Below are positions 37,885 to 48,000 of a DNA stretch of 64,000 bases, piece by piece. Where the stretch lies: the NCBI GenBank assembly GCA_040386535.1, contig JAZKFH010000008.1, forward strand, positions 176,011 through 240,010, in the 5' to 3' direction. A model generated the notes under the pieces. The model was not told the origin of the DNA and searched no databases. It saw nothing but the letters and a program-made list of their open reading frames with translations. This DNA comes from Myxococcota bacterium. GTDB taxonomy: Bacteria; Myxococcota_A; UBA796; SXON01. Both the position numbers and the translations under genes were made by a program. Each line of letters opens with the position of its first letter. Within the stretch, counting starts at the first letter, position 1.

Positions 37885-38628
37885 ATGGCGGACTGGGTAG
37901 GACGCGGCGGCGGGCGCAAAGCCGGCCAGCCTTCGAATTCGTTCAGCGGCGGTGCCGGCATGGGTGGTGGTCGCTCGGGTGACCAGCCCTCGCTGCAGGC
38001 CAGCGCCAGCGTCGAGCTCGCCGAGCGGAGCTTCAGCCTGAAGGGCTCGACCTCCATCGGCATCGCGGCGCGGTCGTACTCCATCAAGGCGGCGGTCGAC
38101 TACGGCGGCTCCTCCAAGAAGTACAACCTCAAGCAGAGCAAGGCCACGACCCCGCAGCGGGCCGGGTCGAGCAGCAAGTCGTCCAGCGGCGAGATGAGCC
38201 CTCGGGTGGCCGACCCCGAAGGCAACTTCATCTTCACGCTCGAGATCGATGGGATCGAGGTCGCCCAGTTCAAGGAATGCAGCGGGCTCAAGTCCAGCAC
38301 GCAGGTCTTCGAGCTCGAAGAGGGCGGCATGAACCACCGGGTGCACAAGCTCCCGGGTCAGTCGCGCTGGGAGAACATCACCCTGCGCTACGGCGTCACG
38401 TCTGACTCCACGCTGCTGAAGTGGCGTAGCGAGATCATCCAGGACGAGTTCAGCCTTCGTCGCAACGGAAGCGTGGTGATGAAGACCCTGCAACTCGAAG
38501 AGGTGCGTCGCTACAACTTCGTGCAGGCCTGGCCGGTTGCGTGGGAAGGCCCCACGTTCGACGCCAACGCCGCCGATCTCGCCGTTGAGATGGTCGAGAT
38601 CGCGCACCACGGTATCTCCATCACCTAG
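37885..38628 (+). CDS. Tail tube protein (T4 gp19-like) with ~103-aa Gly/Ser-rich N-terminal extension
   Basis: DPEGNFIFTLEIDG...FKECSGL...EEGG...KLPG...NITLRYG...AWPVAWEGP; GGAGGT before ATG 37885. Confidence 0.93.
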   Translation: MADWVGRGGGRKAGQPSNSFSGGAGMGGGRSGDQPSLQASASVELAERSFSLKGSTSIGIAARSYSIKAAVDYGGSSKKYNLKQSKATTPQRAGSSSKSSSGEMSPRVADPEGNFIFTLEIDGIEVAQFKECSGLKSSTQVFELEEGGMNHRVHKLPGQSRWENITLRYGVTSDSTLLKWRSEIIQDEFSLRRNGSVVMKTLQLEEVRRYNFVQAWPVAWEGPTFDANAADLAVEMVEIAHHGISIT

Positions 38629-38652
38629 GTTCGAGCGCGAGGAGTCCCCGTA

Positions 38653-41600
38653 ATGCCACCGAACGACGGCGAGAACCGCAAGATCCCCGGCGATCGGCTC
38701 GTGAGCCGGATCCTGACGCGTGTGCGCCGCCGTCCCCGCATGGGGCTGTCGCCGGACTTCTACGCGCGCTTCGGCATGGCCGACCCGTGGACCGCCCCCG
38801 AGTTCGGGGGCGAGGAGCCCGCCGCGAACGACGGCATGGTGTTCCTCTCCGCGCAGCCCTATTACGCCATGATGCGCCGGTTGGCGGCCGCCCGCCGCCG
38901 CCGCGAGCGTCGGGACACCGCCTTCCAGGCGCGCCATCCGGGTGGCGCCGCCATTCGGGCGGTCGCGCGCCACTGGCCGGGGGAGACCGCCGCGTCGCTC
39001 GCGGTCTCGCGCATCGCCCGGCTCGCGCTCGACGAGATGACGCTGCCGCCGTCGGCGGCAGCCCCGGCGCCGGCGGCCCCTGTCGTGTTGGCTCAGGGCG
39101 GGCCGTCCGCGGCTCCCGCGCCCTACCGTCGCGCAGGTTCGACCTACACCTCCCGCGGCGCCAACGCCTGGTGGTCCACGCCGTTCATCCCCGCGCGGGT
39201 GTTCGGTGGGTCCGCACCCGTCGAGGACGCGTTCGCGCCCGAAGGCGACGCGCCGCCGCCCGTCCGCTCCGCGTCGAAGCCCGTCGCGTCCGCCGGCGCC
39301 GCTCCGGCCCGCCGCGTCTCCGCCGCGCAGCACGCCGGCGCCCGCCTCGCGGACGCCGCCGCCCGAGGCGGCACGGCCGCCCGCGCCATCGCCGCCGCGG
39401 TCCCCGCCTCGCTCGGTACACGCCACCTCGCTCGTGTGGTCGAGGCGATCGAGTCCCTGCCGCCCGAAGAGCAGCAGGTGCAAATCCGCAGGGTCATCCG
39501 GCGCCTCGGGGCGTCGGCGCCCATCGTCCGGACGGTGTTCGAGGAGGGCGAGGTGTCCGCTACGGCGGGCGCTCCCGCTGCTCGTCCCGCCCAGATCGCG
39601 GCGCGCCGCGCGGACCCCACGTCGACCGCGGGCCTTCGCCCCGTCCTCGCGCGGTCGCCGGCCATGGCGCTCGCGTCCGCCCCGGAAGTCGACCGCGCGG
39701 CGAGCGGTACGCTCGCCACGGCCGAACGTTCCGCCGAGGCTTCCGGTTCGTCGGCCTCGCTCGCTCGCCTCCCCCGACGCGCGGCGGCCACGCAGCGTGC
39801 GCTCGCGCGCGGCGCCAGCGTCCCCGCCGCGGGCGTGTCGTCCGTGCCAGCCCCGCTCGCCTACGCTCGGGCCGTCACGTCCGCTGCGCTGACCGCATCG
39901 CCCGTCCAGCGCCCTTCCCCGGCGGGTGCGGGCCCCCGAGGCCGCCCCTCTCTCGCGGGTCCGGGCGCCCGGGCGCAGGACATCGCGGTCACGTCGACCG
40001 AGTCGCTCCCCGCCAAGGCCGCCGCGTTCGCCTCGCGCATGCCGGCCTCCGCCCGCGCGGTGTCCCGCTACGCCGCGTCCGCGCTCCCAGCCGAGATCCT
40101 ACAGGCCGAGGCCGCGAACGGCGCCGTGCGCACGACGCAAGGCACGTGGGTCGCCGCGAAGAGCGTGATCTCGTCGCAGCGCGATCCCTCGATTCGCGCG
40201 TCGGTGCGTCACGCGCCGGCGTCGGCGCACGCGGCTTCGCGCGTCGATGCAGGTCAGGTCGAGGGGCGCTCCGTGCTCCCGCGCGCCATCCCCGCGCCCG
40301 ACCGCGTCCTCGCAGCGCTACCGCTGCCCCCTGCACCTTCGGTGGTGGCGGCGCTCTCCGCGTCTCCCGTGGCACGTGCGGAGCGCACCTCCTTGTTCGC
40401 CGCGCCGGTCGCGCCGACTGGCTCCACGCCGGTGCGCACCGAGAAGGGCGCATGGGTGGCGGCCCGTTCGCCCGAGGGCCGTGCTGCGCTACTCGTTGCG
40501 AGCGCGCGGAACGACCGTGCCGACACGACGGGCTCCACTCGCAGCGTGGGTACTGCCACTGGTGCCACCGGCAGCATCGCTGCCAGCGGTGATGCCGGCC
40601 GCAGTGTTCCGTCGGGCGCCGGTGAGCGCCGTGCGCTCGGTACGCGCGCCCCGTCCGAGTCGCCTGTCGCCTCCGCGCGCACGCTCGCGCCGGCGGCCTT
40701 CCGCACCGCCGAGCCGGCGAGCGTCGTGTCCACGCTGCAGTCGGCGTCGGGCGCGGACGCAGTGCCCGCCGCTCGCCCGGCAGCCACCCGCGCCGCGACC
40801 GGAGCAGCCTGGGCGCAGCCTGCAGCCGCTCGCCCCTCCGGCGTGGTCCACGCGGCGGCCCGGGCCCCTGCGCCCTCCGCCCCGGGCGCTCGCGCGTCGT
40901 TGGTGCAGGACGCACCGTTGTTCACCCGCGCCGCTCCGTCGGGCCCCGCTGCCTCGATCTCGACAGCGTCGCGCCGGTCCCTCGCCGCCCCAACTCTGTC
41001 CACCCTCGCTCCCAGCAGCGCGGGCCCCGCCGCTGGCGCCGCGCCTGCGTCCCCGCGGGAAATGTCGGACACGCGGTCGCCGGGCGCGGCCGACGCGCGT
41101 GGTGTCCGTGTCGCTGCGATGCGTGCCTCTACGATGCGCGCGCCGGCGATGGCGCACGCTTCGGCCCGTACCGAGCTCCCGGTCGAGGGGGCCACCCTCC
41201 AGCCGCAGGTCAGCCCCTCGGCACGACCCGTTCGTGCCGCGACCTTGCCGGCCCGCGCCCGGGCGCCCCACGCGGCCCGGCCGTCGAGCGTGGCGGCTGC
41301 GTCCCGCATCGATGGGCTGTTGACCACCGCGCTGTCCGAGGGCCGTGCATCCGCCCGTCCTCGTTCCGTGTCGAATCGCCCCGAGTCGGCGTCGCCCGGG
41401 TCCTCGTCGCCCGGGTCCTCGTCGCCCGGGTCCTCGAACCTCTCGCGTTTCGCGCGCAGCGGCCCTCTCTCGTTCGCGCTCCCGCCGCTCACCACGGGCA
41501 GCGCCGACGCTGCGTCGGGTGCCAGTTCGGCGCGCGGTCCAGCGTCCGCGGCACGCGGCCCGGTGGCTTCGACTGCCGCCGAGCGGAGCCCCGCGCGGTC

Positions 41601-42903
41601 CCGTGTGCGCGCCACACGAGTGTTCACCACGGCCGACTCCGCCTACTCGCCGAGCAGCGCAGTCACGACCCCGAGTGGGGTGTGGATCAGCGCCCGCGCC
41701 GCCGCGGCGACTCCCGGGTTGCGCATCCTCCGCACGGAGGGCGGGAGGCTCGTGGCGCTCGCGCCGGCACCCGAGGCGGCCACGCCCGGCGCGGCCCGCT
41801 CCGCCACCACCCGCGCGCCGGCCACGGCCGGGGCCTCGTTCGCCCGTCCCTTCACCGCCCCGACGGATGACGGCGCGGATGCGCTGATTGCGCCCGCTCC
41901 GGCGGCACGCCGCCGGGCGTCCGACTGGGCAGCTGAGCGCCAACGTGTCGGCGAGGCGACGGCCTACCGCGGCGCCTACCGCACTCCCGAGGCGGTGGAT
42001 CCCGCCGCTCCGGTGTACGCGTCTGCCGAGGGTGAGCGGGATACCGCGCGGCCCACCCGCACCCCCGCGCGTCGCGATCGTCCGCGCCGCATCGCGGCGA
42101 CCGCGGGAGACATGTCCCTGCCCACGCCGATGGCGGCGGGCGCATCCGGCGGGACGGTCGGAAGCGCGTCTGGCGAGACCCGCGGCCGTGCGCCGCTCGA
42201 CGAGCGTCTCCACGGCGTGGCGGCCGGGACCCCCGACGGCGGCTCCCCCTCGTGGGCCGCGCGCTCCGACGGCGCGCCGCGCGTCCGGTCTCCGGGTGGC
42301 TTGTTCGAGGCGCTCGCGCGGGCGACCTCCACCGAAGAGATCGTGCGGGTCATCTACGCCCGCGCGGACGGCGTTCGTGAGACCCCCCTCGCGAAGGAAG
42401 CCCCGGTCGTCCAGGTCATCGAGCAGATCCGGCAGGAAGTGCGGCGTGAGCAAGCGGTCACCGAGACCGCCACGCGCGCCTCCCGGCTCGACGCGCCCTC
42501 GACCACGACCATCCGCGGCACTTACGTGCAGCCGGTCAAGAGCACCACGCGCGTGAATCGCGGCGGCGTCCGCGGCGTCAACGCCACCGCGCGGTCCGTG
42601 TCGGCGGGCAGCGGCGACGATCGCATCATGAAGCTCGTCAAGAAGCTTCAAGGCCTCATCCACCTCGCCGAGGCCGAAGGGCGCCTCGCGGACGCCCGGT
42701 CCCAGGTCCGGATGGCCGAGGACTCGGCGGGGGCGCGGGCTGAAGGGCAGGGGCCCGTCGGCACGTCCAAGGATGGCGGCGAAAAGGGTCAGAAGCAGGA
42801 CATCGAGGCGCTCGGGCGCGAGGTCCTCGAGGTCGTGACGAGAGAGCTCGAATTCCGTCGTTCGCGGCGGGTGGAGGACCACGATGAGTCAAGCTGGTGG
42901 TGA
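38653..42903 (+). CDS. 1416-aa Ala/Arg/Ser/Pro-rich CIS protein (tape-measure or plug candidate)
   Basis: Uninterrupted ORF between tube and tube initiator; GAGGAG SD; ordered-looking termini; C-terminal DIEALGREVLEVVTRELEFRRSRR helix; stop overlaps the next gene. Confidence 0.75.
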   Translation: MPPNDGENRKIPGDRLVSRILTRVRRRPRMGLSPDFYARFGMADPWTAPEFGGEEPAANDGMVFLSAQPYYAMMRRLAAARRRRERRDTAFQARHPGGAAIRAVARHWPGETAASLAVSRIARLALDEMTLPPSAAAPAPAAPVVLAQGGPSAAPAPYRRAGSTYTSRGANAWWSTPFIPARVFGGSAPVEDAFAPEGDAPPPVRSASKPVASAGAAPARRVSAAQHAGARLADAAARGGTAARAIAAAVPASLGTRHLARVVEAIESLPPEEQQVQIRRVIRRLGASAPIVRTVFEEGEVSATAGAPAARPAQIAARRADPTSTAGLRPVLARSPAMALASAPEVDRAASGTLATAERSAEASGSSASLARLPRRAAATQRALARGASVPAAGVSSVPAPLAYARAVTSAALTASPVQRPSPAGAGPRGRPSLAGPGARAQDIAVTSTESLPAKAAAFASRMPASARAVSRYAASALPAEILQAEAANGAVRTTQGTWVAAKSVISSQRDPSIRASVRHAPASAHAASRVDAGQVEGRSVLPRAIPAPDRVLAALPLPPAPSVVAALSASPVARAERTSLFAAPVAPTGSTPVRTEKGAWVAARSPEGRAALLVASARNDRADTTGSTRSVGTATGATGSIAASGDAGRSVPSGAGERRALGTRAPSESPVASARTLAPAAFRTAEPASVVSTLQSASGADAVPAARPAATRAATGAAWAQPAAARPSGVVHAAARAPAPSAPGARASLVQDAPLFTRAAPSGPAASISTASRRSLAAPTLSTLAPSSAGPAAGAAPASPREMSDTRSPGAADARGVRVAAMRASTMRAPAMAHASARTELPVEGATLQPQVSPSARPVRAATLPARARAPHAARPSSVAAASRIDGLLTTALSEGRASARPRSVSNRPESASPGSSSPGSSSPGSSNLSRFARSGPLSFALPPLTTGSADAASGASSARGPASAARGPVASTAAERSPARSRVRATRVFTTADSAYSPSSAVTTPSGVWISARAAAATPGLRILRTEGGRLVALAPAPEAATPGAARSATTRAPATAGASFARPFTAPTDDGADALIAPAPAARRRASDWAAERQRVGEATAYRGAYRTPEAVDPAAPVYASAEGERDTARPTRTPARRDRPRRIAATAGDMSLPTPMAAGASGGTVGSASGETRGRAPLDERLHGVAAGTPDGGSPSWAARSDGAPRVRSPGGLFEALARATSTEEIVRVIYARADGVRETPLAKEAPVVQVIEQIRQEVRREQAVTETATRASRLDAPSTTTIRGTYVQPVKSTTRVNRGGVRGVNATARSVSAGSGDDRIMKLVKKLQGLIHLAEAEGRLADARSQVRMAEDSAGARAEGQGPVGTSKDGGEKGQKQDIEALGREVLEVVTRELEFRRSRRVEDHDESSWW
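41392..41436 (+). repeat. 3 x 15-nt perfect coding tandem repeat (SPGSS)
   Basis: TCGCCCGGGTCCTCG three times. Confidence 0.9.
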
Positions 42904-43552
42904 CAAGGCCTACTTCGAGAGCCTCGACGACGGGGGCATCAAGTTCACGGTCCAGTACAACCCGAAGGAGTTCCAGGTCAACAAGGCGATGACCTGGGAA
43001 GAGTCGAAGACGCAGGGGAAGGCGGTCAATCCGATCTCCTTCCAGAAGGGCGCGCCGATGACGGCGAGCTTCGATCTGCTCTTCGACACCACGGGCGAGA
43101 GCTCGGCCGTGAACGTGCAGGACGCCTGGGTCACCGGGCTGCTCGCGCTCACGAACGCCACAGCCACACCCGGAAACGGCGAAGAGGCCGAGCTCCAGAA
43201 GAAGCGCCCGCACGCGCTCGTCTTCACATGGGGCGCCTTCACGATGAAGTGTGTCATCGAGTCGGTCAACGTGACCTACCTGATGTTCGCCAGCTCCGGC
43301 GAGGCGGTGCGTGCGCGCTGCTCCGTGAAGCTCAAGGAGTGGACACCCCTCTCCGAGGTCGACAACAACGAGAAGTTCGGGGCCAACTCGGGCGGAAGCG
43401 CCTGGGGAACGGGCTCGATCGTGCTCGTCGGCAGCGGGCAGACCTTGTCGCAGATCGCGCAGGCCTCCGGCAGCGACATGCGTACGGTCGCCGCCGCCAA
43501 CGGCATCACGGACCCGATGGCGGACATGACCGGCCTGGAAATCAAGGTCTAG
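42884..43552 (+). CDS. CIS tube initiator (Afp7-like) with LysM-like C-terminus
   Basis: FTVQYNPKEF, FDLLFDT, P...FTWG...CVIESVNVTYLMF...G..VRA...LKE; GQTLSQIA...AAANGITDP. Confidence 0.88.
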   Translation: MSQAGGDKAYFESLDDGGIKFTVQYNPKEFQVNKAMTWEESKTQGKAVNPISFQKGAPMTASFDLLFDTTGESSAVNVQDAWVTGLLALTNATATPGNGEEAELQKKRPHALVFTWGAFTMKCVIESVNVTYLMFASSGEAVRARCSVKLKEWTPLSEVDNNEKFGANSGGSAWGTGSIVLVGSGQTLSQIAQASGSDMRTVAAANGITDPMADMTGLEIKV

Positions 43553-43564
43553 CGGGAGGACACC

Positions 43565-44608
43565 ATGGCCGAAGCGAAGGGTGGGGCGCGCAGCGCTACC
43601 AGCTACAAGGTGACCATCGGGAGCAAAACCTTCGGTCAGACCGAAGGTGATGGGCTCGAGCAGCTCGTGATCGAAGATCACGTGGACATGGTCGAGCACA
43701 TGTCCCTTCGCCTCGCCGGCATCGAGGGCCAGCCGAAGTGGGAGATCAACATCGGCGACGCCGTCGAGGCGAAGCTCGGCGCGGGAGATGTCGTCCTGTT
43801 CGCCGGTGAGGTCATCGCGCTCGAGCCGTCGTGGGCGGTCGACGGCCTGATGTCCATGACCGTGCGCTGCCTCGACAAGGCGCATCGCCTCGCGCGTGGC
43901 CGCAAGACCCGCTTCTTCGAGAACAAGAAGGACAGCGACGTCGCCACGACCGTGGGCGGGGAGTGCGGGCTCTCGGTCGAGACGGACCCGACCGAGGAGG
44001 TACATCCGTACATCCTTCAGCGCAACGAGTCGAACCTCGCGTTCCTCAAGCGGCTCGCCGCGCGCAACAACTTCCAGGTCACGGTCGACGAGAACAAGCT
44101 CATTTTCAAAAAAGGTGCGTTCTCCGGCGCCCCCACGAAGATCGAGATGGGGAAGAGCCTGCGCTCGCTCCGCATGGGCTTCAACAGCATGGAGCAGGTC
44201 GACCAGGTCGTCGTGCGCGGCTGGGACATCCGCGAGAAGAAGGAGATCGTCGGAACCGCCTCCAGCGGGGACATCGAGACGATCGGCGGGGGGCAATCGG
44301 GCGCGGCCGTGTCGACCTCGAAGTTCGGGGCCAACATCGCGTACATCACGGACGTGCCGGTCGGCACGCAGTCCCAGGCCAACGCGATGGCGAAGGCCGA
44401 GCTGAACCGCCTCGCGCGCCAGTTCGCCAAGGGTACGTGCACGGTCGATGGGAACGATGGGCTGCGCGCGGGTCAGGTGGTCGAATTCGCCGGGTTGAAC
44501 GCCAACCACAACGGCAAGTTCTACATCATCTCGACGCGGCACATCATCTCGCCCACGACGGGCTACCTGACCGAGCTGACCTTCTGCAGCAATACGATGG
44601 GCACGTAA
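43565..44608 (+). CDS. Baseplate hub (gp27 / late control D / VgrG N-terminal part); no gp5 domain
   Basis: LFAGEVIALEP, HRLARGRKTRFF, Q.NESNLAFLKRLA, VVVRGWD, LRAGQVV...GKFYI...RH; ends at 347 aa. Confidence 0.88.
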   Translation: MAEAKGGARSATSYKVTIGSKTFGQTEGDGLEQLVIEDHVDMVEHMSLRLAGIEGQPKWEINIGDAVEAKLGAGDVVLFAGEVIALEPSWAVDGLMSMTVRCLDKAHRLARGRKTRFFENKKDSDVATTVGGECGLSVETDPTEEVHPYILQRNESNLAFLKRLAARNNFQVTVDENKLIFKKGAFSGAPTKIEMGKSLRSLRMGFNSMEQVDQVVVRGWDIREKKEIVGTASSGDIETIGGGQSGAAVSTSKFGANIAYITDVPVGTQSQANAMAKAELNRLARQFAKGTCTVDGNDGLRAGQVVEFAGLNANHNGKFYIISTRHIISPTTGYLTELTFCSNTMGT

Positions 44609-44697
44609 GGGCACGGACCGTGCGAGCATGTCGATCATGCTCGCGTGGCCCGCGCCACGATCGCCCCCAACTGAACGCCTAGCTCCGGATCCACATC

Positions 44698-45087
44698 ATG
44701 GCGAACCCTCGAGAGATCCTCGGGCGCGGCTGGTCGTTTCCGTTCCAATTCGACTCCGCCAAGGGCACCGTCGGCCTGTCCGAGTTCGAAGAGAACATCC
44801 GGCAGAACATCACCATCATCCTCGGTACGAAGCCAGGCGAACGTCAGATGCTGCCGTCGTTCGGCTGCCGCATCCACGAACTGTTGTTCGCGCCGAACAC
44901 GCGCGCCACGAGCGCGATGGTGGCGCACCACGTGACCGAGGCTTTGCGCCGGTGGGAGCGGCGGATCGAGGTGGTGAAGGTGAATTCGGAGCCCGGGTAC
45001 GACGGGTCGGTCAAGGTCGTGGTTGAATACCGCGTCCTGGCCACGAACTCCGTCCAGAGCCTGAACTACACCATCTCAAACAGGTAG
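44698..45087 (+). CDS. GPW/gp25-family baseplate protein
   Basis: LGRGWSFPF, IRQNITIILGTKPGERQMLPSFGC, ALRRWERRI. Confidence 0.93.
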   Translation: MANPREILGRGWSFPFQFDSAKGTVGLSEFEENIRQNITIILGTKPGERQMLPSFGCRIHELLFAPNTRATSAMVAHHVTEALRRWERRIEVVKVNSEPGYDGSVKVVVEYRVLATNSVQSLNYTISNR

Positions 45088-45089
45088 TC

Positions 45090-48000
45090 ATGCCGATCCG
45101 CCCCCCGAACCTCGACGATCGCCGGTACGAGGAGATCCTCCGCGAGGCACGCGCGCTCATCCCGCAGTACTCGCCTGAGTGGACCAACCTCTCGGATGCC
45201 GATCCGGGCATGACGCTCGTCCAGCTCTTCGCCTGGATGACGGAGATGATCATCTTCCGGCTCAACCAGGTGCCGGACAAGACCTACATCCACTTCCTCA
45301 ACTTCATCGGGGAAGAGCGCAAGCCCGCCCGCCCCGCGGTCGCCCCCGTCACGTTCTCGCTCAAGGGCGAGCGTCCGGCCGAGATCCCGCCGTTCACCCG
45401 CTGCGCCACGCGGCAGCGGGAGGACTCCACGTCGGCGGACTTCGTCACGGTGGACGGCGTCACGGTGCACGGCGCAACCATCACGCGGGTGATGGCGGTT
45501 CGTGGCGGAAATCGCCCCGCCGTGCGCGAGGTCCCCTTCAGCAACCTCCACGACAACCGCTCGGCCCTGCTCTTCGCGGGTGGCCGCGGTGTCGATCTTT
45601 TCGACCTGGATCCCACCGAGTTCGGGCCCGACGCCTACACGCCGAACCAGTACTTCTACGTCGCGCACGAGGACGTGCGCCTGATGGACATCTCGCCCGA
45701 GGAGGAGCGCCCGCTGGGGCGGCTGCTCGTGCGGCGTGCCGGTCGCGACGGGGACACCCTCTCGATCGCCTCGTTCTTCTCGTGGGAGTACCCGACGGAC
45801 GAGGGCTGGCTGCCCATCCCCGTCGATCAGGAGGCCCAGGAGTCGCTCGGCATGCCCGAGATGGCGCTGGTCACGTCGCTGCCCGGCGTGGTGCCGATCG
45901 ACGGCTTCGCGCTCGAGGAGCGGGACCTCGCGTTCCCCGACGCGGTCTCCAAGGAGCGCTGGTGGATCCGCGGCCGCCTCGACTACGAGCGCTGGATCGC
46001 CAGCCGCATGCTCCAGGATCTCGAGATCTCCTGGCGCGACGATCGCGGCGGCGAAGAGCGCCCCATCAACAACTGGGAGGTCCGGTCCACCGGCCGCACC
46101 CTCGAGTTCTTCCTCCAGGACGTGCCGCCGATCCGCGGCGGCTGGACCATCCGCTTCGCCCTGGTCGACCGCGGCCTGCCGGCGGGGCGCAACAGCTACC
46201 TCCCGCGCTACCGGTGGTATTACCGCCGCGGCGAGGGCTGGGAAGAGATCCCCCGCGAGCGCGTGCGCATCGAGGGGACCGTGGTGCTCGTCACCGGCCC
46301 CCTCACCGACATGGCGACGGACGGCTACAACCTCCGCGCCGAGCGCATCGAGACCGTGTTCCTCCAGGGGTTCATCCCGGAGCTCGAGCTCGACCTGACA
46401 TGGGTGCGCCCCATCGAGCTCGACCTGTACTCTGGTGACGATCCGCGGCGGCTCGAGTCGCTGCTGCTCACCGAGGGGCCCTGGTCGCCGTTCCAGCTCT
46501 CGCCGGTCATCCCGCCGACCCTCGGCCGCAAGTGGTACATCGGCTCGGACTTGTTCGAGAATCGTCGCAAGGCGCCGGTGGTGGTCGAGATCGACGTCGC
46601 GTTCGAGATGAACGGCGCGCCGATCCCCGAGCCCGCCGAGCTGTACCTGCTCCAGCTCACCTACCGCGCGGACGACAACTGGCGCGTGGTGTGGTCGGAC
46701 GACAAGATCTTCTCGGGGTTCACCTTCGCGAATCTCGACCCCGCGGGCGCCAAAATCGCCGGCGTGCGCACCATCCGCATCGTGATCGATCCGGAGAAGC
46801 AGCTCCGGGGCCTCGCCCGCGCGGACGTGGGGGGCCGCGAGACCACCTGGATCCGCTTCGAGCTCGTCAAGGCGAGCCTGACCGGCCAGGATGAGAAGAA
46901 GGTGCAGCACCCGATCGTACCGCGCATTCACGCGGTTCGGCTCGGCGTCGAGGGTGCCGTGGGCGCCAAGGCCTACGAGCAGCCGCTCCCCGGGCCGAAG
47001 ATGGCCCAGCTCGACTTCCGCGAGCACAACCGGCGGCTCACGCGCATCCTCACCCGCGCCGTCGGGCGCCTGGGCGAGTTCTTCCCGTTCTTCCCCTTCG
47101 TCGAGATCAAGGAGGAGAACCAGGCGCTCTACCTCCAGTTCGACAAGCCCATCCCGCCCGGTCGCCGCCACGTGATCTCGTTCCGCACACGCGGCGAGAC
47201 CTACCTGCCCGAAGGGGTGCGGGTGGAGTGGGAGATGCTGGAGGCGCGGGACCACGGCCGCTTCGGCTGGCGCCGGCTGCACGCGCCGGGCGAGGGCGAG
47301 AACATGCCCTACCAGCTCACCGGCACGGGTACGCTCGACTTCCCGCTCCCCGAGACGCCGGCGATGGTCGCCGACGGCTTCTGGCTCCGCGCACGTTTTG
47401 CGCTCCCGGGTGACCTCGCGGTCGATCGCCTGCCGACCCTCCCGCCCGTCACGCACATGCTGCTCAACACGGTCGACGTGGTGAACCTCGTGACCGTACG
47501 GACCGAGAAGTACTCGGGCCTCGGCGTTCCCGGCCAGATCATCCAGCTCCGCAAGGCGCCGGTGTTCCTCCACCAGCGCGAAGGCGAGCGCGGTATCTTC
47601 AAGGACGCCAAGGCGTTCCCCGATCTGCGCGTGTGGGTCGAGCTCGAGGACGGTACGATCGAGCCCTGGCAGCGGGTGGACGAACAGTCGCTCCTCACCG
47701 CCAAGAAGGACGCGCGCATCTTCGTGGTCGACCCGGTGGAGGGCACACTCACCTTCGGGAACGGCATCCGCGGCAAGATGCTCCCGGTGGGCTCCTCGAA
47801 CATCACGGTCGACACGTACCGCTTCGTGCCCGGCAACAAGGGCAACGTGGCGGCGGGCGAAATCAACGTGGTGGAAGGCTACGCGGATGTCGTGAAGGCC
47901 GAGAACCTGCTCCCCGCGAGCGGTGGCCACGACGCCGAGACCATCGAGGAGATCATCCGGCGCGCGCCGAGCCTCCTCACCTCGCGCGACCGCGCGGTCA

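Noticed and set aside
44628..45026. Possible PAAR or spike gene between hub and gp25
   Set aside because: The alternative-frame ORF has no PAAR motifs and overlaps gp25; the true gap is only 89 bp.
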